The notes below the pieces were generated by a model. The model had not been told where the DNA came from. It did no database searches and was given only the letters and a program-made list of their open reading frames with translations. Positions 31,606 through 40,038 of a DNA stretch of 64,000 bases are shown here, in pieces (position 1 is the first letter of the stretch; every line of letters starts with the position of its first letter). The stretch is from an uncultured Bacteroidales bacterium. GTDB lineage: Bacteria; Bacteroidota; Bacteroidia; Bacteroidales; UBA932. The translations under genes and the position numbers were made by a program. The stretch lies in contig CALVDF010000013.1 in NCBI GenBank assembly GCA_944326245.1, positions 2,713 to 66,712 on the forward strand, in the 5' to 3' direction.

Positions 31606-32454
31606 ATGAACAAATCATTTTATACTGATGCGCCTGGAATACAGTACGGCGAGTCTGACCTTAAGGATCTTGTGTCCAATCCGTGCCGTTTCGGATGCGA
31701 TGTCCAGCTTGTGTGTACTGACGGGAATGCCGAAATATCCACCGGCATTCAGAGTTATGGCATGCACCGGGGCTGCGAGCTTTTTCTTCTCGGCGGCTGT
31801 CTTATTCAGGTCAACAGTCCCAGTGCCGATTTCAATGTGAGAGTGTTGCTGTATCCCAAGGACGTGGTTATGAAGGCACTGCTTCCGCTGGATACGACTT
31901 TTCTCAACTATCTCCACGAGTATCCGTATTTTGACCACCTCGAGGAAGGGGCAGAAGATGACGAGTGGGAAAATGTCATGCAGTGGATGGATATGGCCAG
32001 ACTGTTGTTCTCCCGTCCGATTCCCAATTTCAGGCGGCATATAGAGCATAATTTCCTGCAGACCATGCTTATGTGCCTGTACAACCATATCCCGCGCAAA
32101 TTTATGGAAGAAAGGAGGGAAAGCAGCCGCAAACACCTGCTGTGCCATCAGTTTTTACGTCTGGTCAGAGAGAACAGTGCCAGGGAACATCTGGTGCCGT
32201 TCTATGCCGACAGACTCTGTATCTCCGCACGGTATCTGGGAGACATCGTGGCCGAGAACTTTGACGGGCATACTCCGAAGCAGCTGATAGACAAGCAGCT
32301 GACGACTGAAATAAAAGTGCAGCTTGACAATACAGCCATGACTGTAAGCGAGATAGCCGAAAGTTTCAACTTCCCTGAGCATACCTGCATGAGCCGCTTT
32401 TTCAAGCGCAATACCGGCATGACTCCCAAGGAATACCGTTTACGGCGCAAATAG
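31606..32454 (+). CDS. AraC-family transcriptional regulator
   Basis: The ORF-track start at 31582 is a TTG, so I use the ATG at 31606. The C-terminal double HTH (VSEIAESFNFPEHTCMSRFFKRNTGMTPKEYR) is typical of AraC. Confidence 0.8.
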   Translation: MNKSFYTDAPGIQYGESDLKDLVSNPCRFGCDVQLVCTDGNAEISTGIQSYGMHRGCELFLLGGCLIQVNSPSADFNVRVLLYPKDVVMKALLPLDTTFLNYLHEYPYFDHLEEGAEDDEWENVMQWMDMARLLFSRPIPNFRRHIEHNFLQTMLMCLYNHIPRKFMEERRESSRKHLLCHQFLRLVRENSAREHLVPFYADRLCISARYLGDIVAENFDGHTPKQLIDKQLTTEIKVQLDNTAMTVSEIAESFNFPEHTCMSRFFKRNTGMTPKEYRLRRK

Positions 32455-32467
32455 ACAGATAGACAGG

Positions 32468-33451
32468 ATGATGAATTACGATATCGACAAATACAGACTG
32501 ACTGTGGTCCTGGGACCTACGGCCTGCGGCAAGACACGTTTCGCCGTGCAGCTGGCCGGAAAGTCCGGGGCGGAGATCATATCTGCGGATTCGCGTCAGA
32601 TATACCGGGGAATGGATATAGGTACAGGCAAGGATCTGGGCGAATACGAATGGAACGGCCGGCCGGTCCCGTATCATCTGATAGACATCGTGGATGCGGG
32701 AGTCCGCTATGACATCTACAGGTACCAGAGGGATTTTGCTGCCGCGTACAATGACATAGTGTCGCGTGGGAATCCGGTTATACTGTGCGGCGGGTCGGGG
32801 CTGTACATCGAGTCGGTCACGAGGAACTATGCAATTCCGGACGTGCCTGCCGACCCGGCCCTGCGTGCCGAACTGGAGCAGTACAGTGACGAGTATCTGA
32901 TAGGCCTGCTTAAGTCTCTGACCACTCCTCACAATACTACTGATTATGACACCCGCAAGCGCCTTATCCGGTCCATAGAGATAGCCATGTACCAGAAAGA
33001 ACATCCGGACGACACCGGAATATTCCGCGCCGGCGGGGCAGAAGACCCGGCGGACGGTACATGCAGGCCATGCCGTCAGACCGTTCCGGTGGCTTCGGAG
33101 GAGTGTCCGCCTTCCCTGGTCCGTTTCGCTCCGGAAGATGTCCATTATATCGGATTGTCTGTCAGCCGGGAGGAACGTATCGCGAGGATAGACCGGCGTC
33201 TGGATGCCCGTCTCGGCGAAGGTCTGGTGGAAGAGGTCCGCAAGCTGCTGGACAGTGGCCTGTCGCCCGAGGACCTGATATATTACGGGCTGGAATACAA
33301 GTTCGTGACCCTTTATCTCATCGGTCAGTTGAGTTATGACGAGATGCATGACCGTCTTGCCATAGCCATACATCAGTTCGCAAAGAGACAGATGACCTGG
33401 TTCCGCGGTATGGAACGCCGCGGTATGCATATTGACTGGGTTGAGGTCTGA
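32468..33451 (+). CDS. miaA: tRNA dimethylallyltransferase
   Basis: GPTACGKT P-loop and ISADSRQIYRGMDIGTGK are present. It carries an insertion of about 35 aa (see findings). Confidence 0.9.
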   Translation: MMNYDIDKYRLTVVLGPTACGKTRFAVQLAGKSGAEIISADSRQIYRGMDIGTGKDLGEYEWNGRPVPYHLIDIVDAGVRYDIYRYQRDFAAAYNDIVSRGNPVILCGGSGLYIESVTRNYAIPDVPADPALRAELEQYSDEYLIGLLKSLTTPHNTTDYDTRKRLIRSIEIAMYQKEHPDDTGIFRAGGAEDPADGTCRPCRQTVPVASEECPPSLVRFAPEDVHYIGLSVSREERIARIDRRLDARLGEGLVEEVRKLLDSGLSPEDLIYYGLEYKFVTLYLIGQLSYDEMHDRLAIAIHQFAKRQMTWFRGMERRGMHIDWVEV

Positions 33452-33483
33452 TGTGCCCTGCGTCAGCCCCGGTCAGGATCCAG

Positions 33484-33978
33484 TCAGAGTTCTTCCCATT
33501 CCCCGCCCCATAGCTCTATGAAGCGGTACATGTCGTCGCGGGATATTTCCAGCGATGCCGTATTGTCATTGGGATGGAACGTGACCCGTTCTGCCTGCCG
33601 CAGATCCTTGTCCAGATAGAGCTTTACCTGATGTTCCGGGTCGTTGATGAGACCGAACAGGGACACTGATCCGGGAACCGTGCCCAGATATTTTTCCATC
33701 CTTGGCTCCGATGCAAATGACAGCTTGCCCTGATGCAGCTGATGCTCCAGGCCGTGGATATCCATCTGCTTGTGGCACTCGAGTATCACGAGGTAGTGCC
33801 TGTTGCCCTTGTGGTTCCTGAAGAACAGATTCTTGCAGTGGGTAGAATCGAAATCCTTCCAGTATTTCATGGCCTCTTCAATGGTCGGCAGAGGGGGATG
33901 TTCGTGGATGACATAGCTGATACCCCATTCGTTGAGCCTGTCCAGAACCTTCTGTCTTCTTGTTGCTGCATCTTCCAT
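33484..33978 (-). CDS. prolyl-tRNA editing domain protein (YbaK/ProX family)
   Basis: Start set at MEDAATRRQKVL. CKNLFFRN, the later SFASE segment and HPNDNTAS resemble the ProX/YbaK deacylase fold. Confidence 0.75.
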   Translation of the reverse strand: MEDAATRRQKVLDRLNEWGISYVIHEHPPLPTIEEAMKYWKDFDSTHCKNLFFRNHKGNRHYLVILECHKQMDIHGLEHQLHQGKLSFASEPRMEKYLGTVPGSVSLFGLINDPEHQVKLYLDKDLRQAERVTFHPNDNTASLEISRDDMYRFIELWGGEWEEL

Positions 33979-34002
33979 ATCTGCGGTAGAATAAAAACGG
34001 CG

Positions 34003-34010
34003 CAAATATA
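34003..34010 (-). promoter_or_regulatory. -7 promoter box (TATATTTG on the minus strand) for the ProX-like gene
   Basis: The reverse complement of CAAATATA is TATATTTG. It overlaps the longer alternative start at 34005, which favours the 33978 start. Confidence 0.5.
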
Positions 34011-34011
34011 G

Positions 34012-34019
34012 TATTTTTG
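34012..34019 (+). promoter_or_regulatory. -7 promoter box TATTTTTG for glsA
   Basis: TAnnTTTG 25 nt upstream of the ATG at 34044. It is back-to-back with the divergent box at 34003-34010. Confidence 0.55.
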
Positions 34020-34043
34020 CCGGCTCAAATCAGTGCAGAGAAT

Positions 34044-34958
34044 ATGGATTATCAGAAAGTCATAGACAGAATTCACGGTGAACTGCTGGAACTGTGGGGG
34101 CAGGGCAAGGTGGCGGATTACATTCCGGCTCTGGCCAAGGTGAATCCCAGGCAATTCGGTATAGCCCTGATTACCCTGGACGGTCAGGAATTCCTCAGCG
34201 GTGACGCAGGAGTGTGCTTTTCGGTGCAGAGTATATCCAAGGTCTTTACTTTGGCTATGGTGACAAGGCATATCGGAGACGGGATATGGAAAGCTGTCGG
34301 CCGTGAGCCGTCGGGAAACCCGTTCAATTCGCTTGTACAGCTCGAGCATGAACAGGGCTTTCCGCGCAACCCGTTCATCAATGCCGGAGCCCTTGTGGTC
34401 ACTGACCGTCTGATATCCCTGTATCCGCATCCCAAGGACGCCATTCTGGAGTTTGTCCGCGGACTCTGCGGCAACGACGACATTTATTACGACAAGGAAA
34501 TAGCCCGTTCGGAGCTGGATCATGCCGACCGCAATATGGCTTTGGCCTACTTCATGAAGAGTTTCGGCAATATAGAGAATGACGTGGATATCCTGCTGGA
34601 TGTCTATTGCCATCAGTGTGCGATATCGATGTCGTGCGAGGATCTGGCCAGGGCGTTCCTCTTCCTTTGCAACCGGGGCACCAATCCCCTGAACGGAGAG
34701 CAGGTGCTTACGGTAAGTCAGGCCAAGCGTCTCGGAGCCCTGATGCTTACCTGCGGTTTCTACGACGAGTCGGGAGATTTTGCATTCCGCGCCGGTCTGC
34801 CTGGCAAGAGCGGGGTAGGAGGCGGAATAGCCGCATACATTCCCGGAAACCTGTCCGTGACTGTATGGAGCCCGGAGCTCAACCGCCACGGCAATTCGCT
34901 TATCGGCATGGAAGCGCTCGAGCGTCTCACCACCGACATCGGCAACTCCATTTTCTGA
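34044..34958 (+). CDS. glsA: glutaminase A
   Basis: The ORF-track start at 34017 is a TTG, so I use the ATG at 34044. SVQSISKVF (active-site Ser-x-x-Lys), LPGKSGVGGGI and the size of about 304 aa fit. Confidence 0.93.
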   Translation: MDYQKVIDRIHGELLELWGQGKVADYIPALAKVNPRQFGIALITLDGQEFLSGDAGVCFSVQSISKVFTLAMVTRHIGDGIWKAVGREPSGNPFNSLVQLEHEQGFPRNPFINAGALVVTDRLISLYPHPKDAILEFVRGLCGNDDIYYDKEIARSELDHADRNMALAYFMKSFGNIENDVDILLDVYCHQCAISMSCEDLARAFLFLCNRGTNPLNGEQVLTVSQAKRLGALMLTCGFYDESGDFAFRAGLPGKSGVGGGIAAYIPGNLSVTVWSPELNRHGNSLIGMEALERLTTDIGNSIF

Positions 34959-34980
34959 CGAGCTGTCCCCGGATGGCGGT

Positions 34981-35212
34981 GGGGTGTGGCAGTATTGTGC
35001 TTGCCCTGCAGTTCATTGTCCTGAAGCGTGTGCTGTCAGTCTGTTGTATTCCTGCTTGGTAGGAAATTGATGTCTGAATTATGAAACACCGCTTGTTTTC
35101 TAATTGCCTGATAATAAGTGCTCTGTAAAACAGTTGGTGTTTGAAGAGGCCTTTTTTCGGGTCAAGAAACACCTATGACTTTAACAAGTTGCTGAGCGTC
35201 ACTTGTTTGGCA
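34981..35212 (+). repeat. degenerate remnants of the 168-bp repeat family (copy D)
   Basis: 34981-35005 (GGGGTGTGGCAGTATTG) resembles the right-end block GGGGTGCGTCAGTACTT. 35080-35212 shares the ordered blocks GTAAAACAG / TTTTCGGG / GCGTCAC with copies A-C but is shorter. Confidence 0.35.
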
Positions 35213-35291
35213 TTTATGCCGGTGTTTGATAATTCAAGACAGGATGGTATCGGTACCCGTCTCAGGTTTTTGCGCGGCCGGAGATTTTTCC

Positions 35292-35299
35292 TATATTTG
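35292..35299 (+). promoter_or_regulatory. -7 promoter box TATATTTG for RAYT-like gene 1
   Basis: TAnnTTTG 28 nt upstream of the ATG at 35327. Confidence 0.5.
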
Positions 35300-35326
35300 C
35301 GTAGACAATAATGAGGGAGGAAGGAT

Positions 35327-36181
35327 ATGAAGAAGTATTGGCATGTGTGTACTGAAGGGTTGAAGCAGGGAGTTATCTTCAGTGACAGGGAGGATTTTGT
35401 TTTCGGGATGAACGGTATCCCGGTGTGTGCTTTGAAGCATCGTATTCTGGTGCTTGCTTTCTGTCTGATGGACAATCATGTACATTTTATTGTGGCCGGT
35501 GAGGAGCAGGACTGCCGCAAATTTGCGTTTTCGTACAGACGCAGGCTGTCTGTCCTGGCGGACATGGAGGGTTCGGATGTGTGCATGAAGGCTATCGGAG
35601 ACATGGAATATCTCCGCATGGCTATCGGATATGTGCTCCGCAATCCGATGGATGCAGGCGGAAAGGAATTGCCTTTTTACTATGAATGGGGTTCGGGGGC
35701 GTTGTATTTCAGAGGTGACGTGTCCGTGCCGTCCCGAGGCCGGAACTCTCAGTCTGTAGCAGATGTGGGCCCCAAGAAAATGCGTGCACTTCTAAAGTCC
35801 AATTTCATTCTTCCGGACCATTATGTGGTTTCACCGGAAGGTATGGTATTGCCGGAAAACTATGTCAGGGCCGATATCGTAGAGCGTGTGTTCGGGCTTC
35901 CTGTCCGTTTGATCTACAGTGTCCTTCGCAATGATACAGTAGAGATGGAACTGGCAGGGGAGGTACTGCGCAAGGTCCGTTACACTGATATGGAGCTTGC
36001 CGGCTCCGTGAAAGGTCTATGCAGACAGAAGTTCCGGGCGGAATCTCCCGAAAGCCTTGCCGTGGAGGACAGGTGCCGTCTGGCAGACTTGCTGAGGAAG
36101 AGGTACGGTATAGGTATCAAGCAGATATCAAGGCTTACAGGTGTGAATCCGGAAATTTTGTCGAGGATGTTCGGGCGTTGA
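35327..36181 (+). CDS. RAYT-like HUH/Tyr (IS200-type Y1 transposase fold) protein with C-terminal HTH-like tail, copy 1
   Basis: 284 aa. The HUH motif is CLMDNHVHFIV. The Tyr motif AIGYVLRNPMDAG compares with E. coli RayT DYIYINPVKHG. The C-terminus is RYGIGIKQISRLTGVN. Confidence 0.65.
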   Translation: MKKYWHVCTEGLKQGVIFSDREDFVFGMNGIPVCALKHRILVLAFCLMDNHVHFIVAGEEQDCRKFAFSYRRRLSVLADMEGSDVCMKAIGDMEYLRMAIGYVLRNPMDAGGKELPFYYEWGSGALYFRGDVSVPSRGRNSQSVADVGPKKMRALLKSNFILPDHYVVSPEGMVLPENYVRADIVERVFGLPVRLIYSVLRNDTVEMELAGEVLRKVRYTDMELAGSVKGLCRQKFRAESPESLAVEDRCRLADLLRKRYGIGIKQISRLTGVNPEILSRMFGR

Positions 36182-36188
36182 AACAGTT

Positions 36189-37145
36189 CTACAGTCTGAT
36201 GGCAAAGCGCTTGAGGCGCGAGTCCAGCATCTCTTCAGGTACTGTCTGCCTGATGCAGCCGGTGATGACGTTGAGGAGGCGTTCGCGGACGAAGTCCTCG
36301 CGGATGACGAGTGAGACTTCGCGGACGGGAACACAGGCGGGGCATCCTGAGGCCGGTGCTCCGTTGTCCCTGCGGACGATGGGCCTGAGGTTCCGGTGCT
36401 GCTCTTCGGTAAGGAAGGCGGTGTGCATTTCGGGGATGACAGTGTAGCCTCCGTTGGCGTCCACGATGCGTACCAGAGTGTCAATGCTCCCGGCCTGGTA
36501 TTCGGGACGGTTGTGCCTGCGGCTGTGGCAGAAGTTGAATACCTGGCTGCGCAGGCAATGGCCCTCTTCCAGGATCCACAGCCGGTCTGAGGACAGCCTG
36601 TCGGCAGGAATTTCATTCAGGTTATAAAGTTCGTCGGACGGGGAGATGTACGCCACGAATTTCTCATAATATAAAGGTATTTCCAGCAGGTATTTCTGTC
36701 CCAAGGGGGTGGCGAGTATGGCCATGTCCAGTTCGGCGGCGAGCAGCTTTTCGATGATGAATTTTGTGCGCATCTCCGAGACTTCCAGGTGGACGGCGGG
36801 ATGGCCGGAGTGGATGGTTCTGAACAGTCCCGGCAGGATGTAGGGGGCGATGGTAGGGATAATGCCGATGGTGGCCTTGCCGCTCTCGTCTCCCTTTTCT
36901 ACGGCTACAAGTTCTTCTATCAGCGAGGCATTGTGCAGGGTCTTCCTGGCCTGGCCGATGATCCTTTCACCCAGGGCTGTGGGGCGTACGGGATGTGCCC
37001 CGCGGTCGAAGACTGTCACGTCCAGGGCCGACTCGAGGCTGCGAATGCCTGCGCTCAGGGTAGGCTGGGTGACTCCGCAGGCTTCGGCTGCCCGGACGAA
37101 GTTGCGGTAGGTGTCGACCGCAACAATGTAACGGAGAGATGTCAT
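36189..37145 (-). CDS. oxyR: LysR-family hydrogen-peroxide-responsive regulator (OxyR-like)
   Basis: Start set at MTSLRYIVAVDTYRNFVRAAEACGVTQPTLSAGIRSLE (LysR HTH). An in-frame extension to 37244 is possible. The gene is divergent from a peroxiredoxin. Confidence 0.8.
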   Translation of the reverse strand: MTSLRYIVAVDTYRNFVRAAEACGVTQPTLSAGIRSLESALDVTVFDRGAHPVRPTALGERIIGQARKTLHNASLIEELVAVEKGDESGKATIGIIPTIAPYILPGLFRTIHSGHPAVHLEVSEMRTKFIIEKLLAAELDMAILATPLGQKYLLEIPLYYEKFVAYISPSDELYNLNEIPADRLSSDRLWILEEGHCLRSQVFNFCHSRRHNRPEYQAGSIDTLVRIVDANGGYTVIPEMHTAFLTEEQHRNLRPIVRRDNGAPASGCPACVPVREVSLVIREDFVRERLLNVITGCIRQTVPEEMLDSRLKRFAIRL

Positions 37146-37257
37146 GCTGATGTTGGCTGATGCAGCAAGTTCCGGAGTGGCGGTTTGTGCCAGGTTTGTC
37201 TCCCGGTTTCCGGTTGTGTCCTGTTTCTTCATTGTATGTCTCATTTGTCCCTGTCTG

Positions 37258-37265
37258 CAAATATA
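37258..37265 (-). promoter_or_regulatory. -7 promoter box (TATATTTG on the minus strand) for oxyR
   Basis: The reverse complement of CAAATATA is TATATTTG. Confidence 0.45.
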
Positions 37266-37300
37266 TAGAAATTATCAATAACAGTATAAAAAATATCGAT
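37265..37300. promoter_or_regulatory. candidate OxyR operator (ATAG-N7-CAAT-N6-ATAA-N7-CGAT)
   Basis: Four tetranucleotides spaced like the enterobacterial OxyR consensus ATAG-N7-CTAT-N7-ATAG-N7-CTAT. The site lies between the divergent oxyR and prx -7 boxes. Confidence 0.4.
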
Positions 37301-37323
37301 TTGATTTATAAAAATCGCTGCCA

Positions 37324-37331
37324 TATCTTTG
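37324..37331 (+). promoter_or_regulatory. -7 promoter box TATCTTTG for the peroxiredoxin-thioredoxin operon
   Basis: TAnnTTTG 51 nt upstream of the ATG at 37382. Confidence 0.55.
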
Positions 37332-37381
37332 CACCGTAAAACAAAACACAACGGAATATTAATCATTAAAAAGTAATAGTT

Positions 37382-38119
37382 ATGGACAGCAACAACAACA
37401 TTCAGAATCAGACACAGCAGCAGTATTATCCCATGCCCCGCATCGGCGATCAGGCTCCCGCTTTCGAGGCCGTGACCACCCAGGGCAGGATAAAGTTTCC
37501 CGAGGATTTCAAGGGCAAATGGAAGATTCTCTTCAGCCATCCCGCCGACTTCACCCCCGTCTGCACCTCCGAGTTCATGACCTTCGCCTCCCGCGCCGCC
37601 GAGTTCGAGGCCCTGGGTACCCAGCTCATCGGCCTCTCCGTGGACGGACTCTACAGCCACATCGCCTGGCTGCGCACCATCCAGGAGAAGATTCAGTACA
37701 AGGGCATGAAGAACGTCGAGGTGAAGTTTCCTCTGATCGAGGACATCACCATGGACATCGCCCGCAAGTACGGCATGATCCAGCCCGGTGAGAGTGCCAC
37801 CCAGGCCGTCCGCGCCGTCTTCTTCATCGATCCGAAGAACGTAATCCGCACCATTATCTACTATCCCCTCTCGCTTGGCAGGAATTTTGATGAGCTTAAG
37901 AGAGTGCTGGTGGGCCTGCAGACCGCCGATGAGTTCGGTGTCGCCCTGCCCGCCGACTGGCAGCCCGGAGACGAGGTGATAGTGCCCACGGCCGGTTCCT
38001 GCGGAGTGGCCAAGAGCCGGATGGACGGAGACGACAAGGACCTGAAGTGCTACGACTGGTTCTTCTGCACCCGTCAGCTCCCCAAGGAGAAGATAGAGGA
38101 CAAAATTTACAGAAAATAA
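37382..38119 (+). CDS. peroxiredoxin (Prx6/1-Cys-like)
   Basis: FSHPADFTPVCTSE contains the peroxidatic Cys. The Prx6-like length is about 245 aa. An alternative start exists at MPRIGDQAP. Confidence 0.9.
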   Translation: MDSNNNIQNQTQQQYYPMPRIGDQAPAFEAVTTQGRIKFPEDFKGKWKILFSHPADFTPVCTSEFMTFASRAAEFEALGTQLIGLSVDGLYSHIAWLRTIQEKIQYKGMKNVEVKFPLIEDITMDIARKYGMIQPGESATQAVRAVFFIDPKNVIRTIIYYPLSLGRNFDELKRVLVGLQTADEFGVALPADWQPGDEVIVPTAGSCGVAKSRMDGDDKDLKCYDWFFCTRQLPKEKIEDKIYRK

Positions 38120-38592
38120 TGAAACGGATAGCGACAACACTGCTTATGGCCGGAACCCTGCTTCTGTCCGCCCTGCCTCTGACGGCATACGGACAGGAGA
38201 GGGAGTCCGGAAAAAATGAGGAAAAAATGGAAACAGGAACAATACATCTGACCAAAGCGGAATTTCTGCAGAAAGTGTGGAACTACGAGACCGATTCCCA
38301 GGCCTGGAAATATGAGGGGACCAAGCCCGCCATCGTGGACTTCTTCGCCACCTGGTGCGGCCCCTGCAAGGCCCTGAGCCCCGTGCTCGAGGAACTTGCG
38401 AAAGAGTACGGAGACAGACTCGTAATCTACAAGGTGGACGTGGACCAGGAGCGCGATCTCGCCGGAGCCTTCGGAATCCGCTCGGTGCCCACCCTGCTCT
38501 TCATCCCCGCCGACGGGGAGCCGTCGATGAGCCCGGGTGCTCCGTCAAAAGCCCAGCTCAAGCAGATTATCGACGAGCATCTGCTGAAATAG
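38119..38592 (+). CDS. thioredoxin with signal peptide (exported)
   Basis: Start set at MKRIATTLLMAGTLLLSALPLTAYG, overlapping the prx stop (TAATG). FFATWCGPCK is the active site. Confidence 0.85.
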   Translation: MKRIATTLLMAGTLLLSALPLTAYGQERESGKNEEKMETGTIHLTKAEFLQKVWNYETDSQAWKYEGTKPAIVDFFATWCGPCKALSPVLEELAKEYGDRLVIYKVDVDQERDLAGAFGIRSVPTLLFIPADGEPSMSPGAPSKAQLKQIIDEHLLK

Positions 38593-38629
38593 TTGCCCCA
38601 GCGGGCTATCCGCAAAAACATGAAGAAAG

Positions 38630-38658
38630 GCCGTGCCGGAATCCCGGTGCGGCTTTTT
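38630..38658 (+). terminator. rho-independent terminator after thioredoxin
   Basis: GCCGTGCCGG-AATC-CCGGTGCGGC (10 bp including two G.U pairs) followed by TTTTT. Confidence 0.7.
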
Positions 38659-38825
38659 CCGTAAGTACTGCAGCGGGGGTGTTTTGTAAACGCTCAGTGA
38701 TCAGTTAGTTACAAAACAGAGTGTTCTTTCGGGTGGCTCTGAACCCGACTAAAGTTACTCGTGACTTTTGGAATGTCTTAATTTACAAGCCTTTCTGAAA
38801 AAGGGGTGCTCGCCTGCTTACCGTT
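38659..38825 (+). repeat. 168-bp REPIN/MITE-like intergenic element, copy A
   Basis: It aligns end to end with copies B and C. The left end is CCGTAAGTAC... and the right end is ...CTGCTTACCGTT (inverted termini). It lies between the trx terminator and the porin 3' end. Confidence 0.7.
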
Positions 38826-38834
38826 GGCCTTGTA

Positions 38835-39938
38835 TCAGAAGCCGACCTGGAGCTGCGTGATGATCATGTGCGAGGAGGGGATGCCGCTGAAGACCCCCTG
38901 ACTGTTACTGGAGCGCTGCTGGTAGACGTACTGCGCCTGGAGGCGGCATTTGCGGTAGAAGTTCCACTGCAGTCCGAAGATGTAGCTGCACTGCCAGTCG
39001 CTCAGGGCGATATTCCGGTCCAGATAATCCACCGATGCCACGATGTCGAGAAAATGAGTGGCGGAGCCCACGAGGGTGGCGTAGGCGCCCCGGCTCCGGA
39101 CGGATGCGTCGAGACCTTCCATATATTCGCTCCTGAGATACATCGGTCCTGCCTCCATCTCCAGGCCTGCGCTCCACCTGTCCCTGCGGTATGTATCCCC
39201 GGCCTTGAATGTCCCGTAGGGGCTGTCCGCCTTTGCGGTGCCCTCTCCGAAGTAGACGGAGCCGTGCACCTTGAGGAAGCTGACCGGCCTGAGGGCGAGG
39301 CTTGCTACTACGTCCTTCCGGTTGTTGGTCTCGGCCGTATTGGACGGCTCGCCGCTGAAGACGCCGACCCTGTATTCTATCAGATTGCGGTTGTCCTTGC
39401 CTATTTTCAGAAATGCGCCTCCCACTTCCAGACCCAGGTCCCTGCCGGCTCCCGCTCCGAAGCATACGTCCGAGCCGTCGATACCCGCGAGATACTGGAC
39501 TGCCTGGGCGCCCTTTATTATTTCCAGGACGGAGGGAGACATATTGCTCTCAATCGTGAAAGGGGTCTTGTACTGCCCGAGCCGGATGTAGAACGCATCT
39601 ACCGGACGGTATCTGACGAAGAGCTCATGCAGCTTGAATTTGGACACGTCGGCCATGAAGTAGAGGTCCAGATGCCTGACGGGTCTGATGTCGGCGATGA
39701 TCATTGCCCTGTACAGATTGAACTTGTTGAAGGCTCCGTCATGTGCCATGTCGTAGGTGTCGTACTGGTATCCGGCCTGGGCATAGCCGCTTACGCTTAC
39801 CTTTTCCGAAAGGAAACGGACCAGCTTGCTGTCCTTCCGGTCATCTGTTACGGTGCTGAGGGTGTCGGTGGCCGCAGAGGAGCTGATGCATGCAGCGGCG
39901 GTCAGGATCAGGGTGAGGATGGTGGCCTTGAGGTGCAT
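38835..39938 (-). CDS. outer-membrane porin (Porin_O_P-like)
   Basis: Start set at MHLKATILTLILTAAAC (signal peptide). RLGQYKTPFTIES, alternating beta-strand pattern and a C-terminal ...QLQVGF are present. Confidence 0.7.
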   Translation of the reverse strand: MHLKATILTLILTAAACISSSAATDTLSTVTDDRKDSKLVRFLSEKVSVSGYAQAGYQYDTYDMAHDGAFNKFNLYRAMIIADIRPVRHLDLYFMADVSKFKLHELFVRYRPVDAFYIRLGQYKTPFTIESNMSPSVLEIIKGAQAVQYLAGIDGSDVCFGAGAGRDLGLEVGGAFLKIGKDNRNLIEYRVGVFSGEPSNTAETNNRKDVVASLALRPVSFLKVHGSVYFGEGTAKADSPYGTFKAGDTYRRDRWSAGLEMEAGPMYLRSEYMEGLDASVRSRGAYATLVGSATHFLDIVASVDYLDRNIALSDWQCSYIFGLQWNFYRKCRLQAQYVYQQRSSNSQGVFSGIPSSHMIITQLQVGF

Positions 39939-39991
39939 GGCTGTAGTGTGTTGTAGCTGAGTTGATGAATCGGTTTCGTGTTTTAGGGCGG

Positions 39992-39999
39992 CAAAAATA
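39992..39999 (-). promoter_or_regulatory. -7 promoter box (TATTTTTG on the minus strand) for the porin
   Basis: The reverse complement of CAAAAATA is TATTTTTG, 54 nt upstream of the ATG at 39938. It lies inside the longer ORF-track extension. Confidence 0.5.
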
Positions 40000-40038
40000 G
40001 GAAAAGACTCCGGAATATGCAACAGCCCTGCCGCGGCC

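Noticed and set aside
38868-39956. 362-aa plus-strand ORF overlapping the porin gene
   Set aside because: The minus-strand reading gives a signal peptide, an amphipathic beta-strand pattern, a C-terminal Phe and a properly placed -7 box. The plus-strand ORF has none of these.
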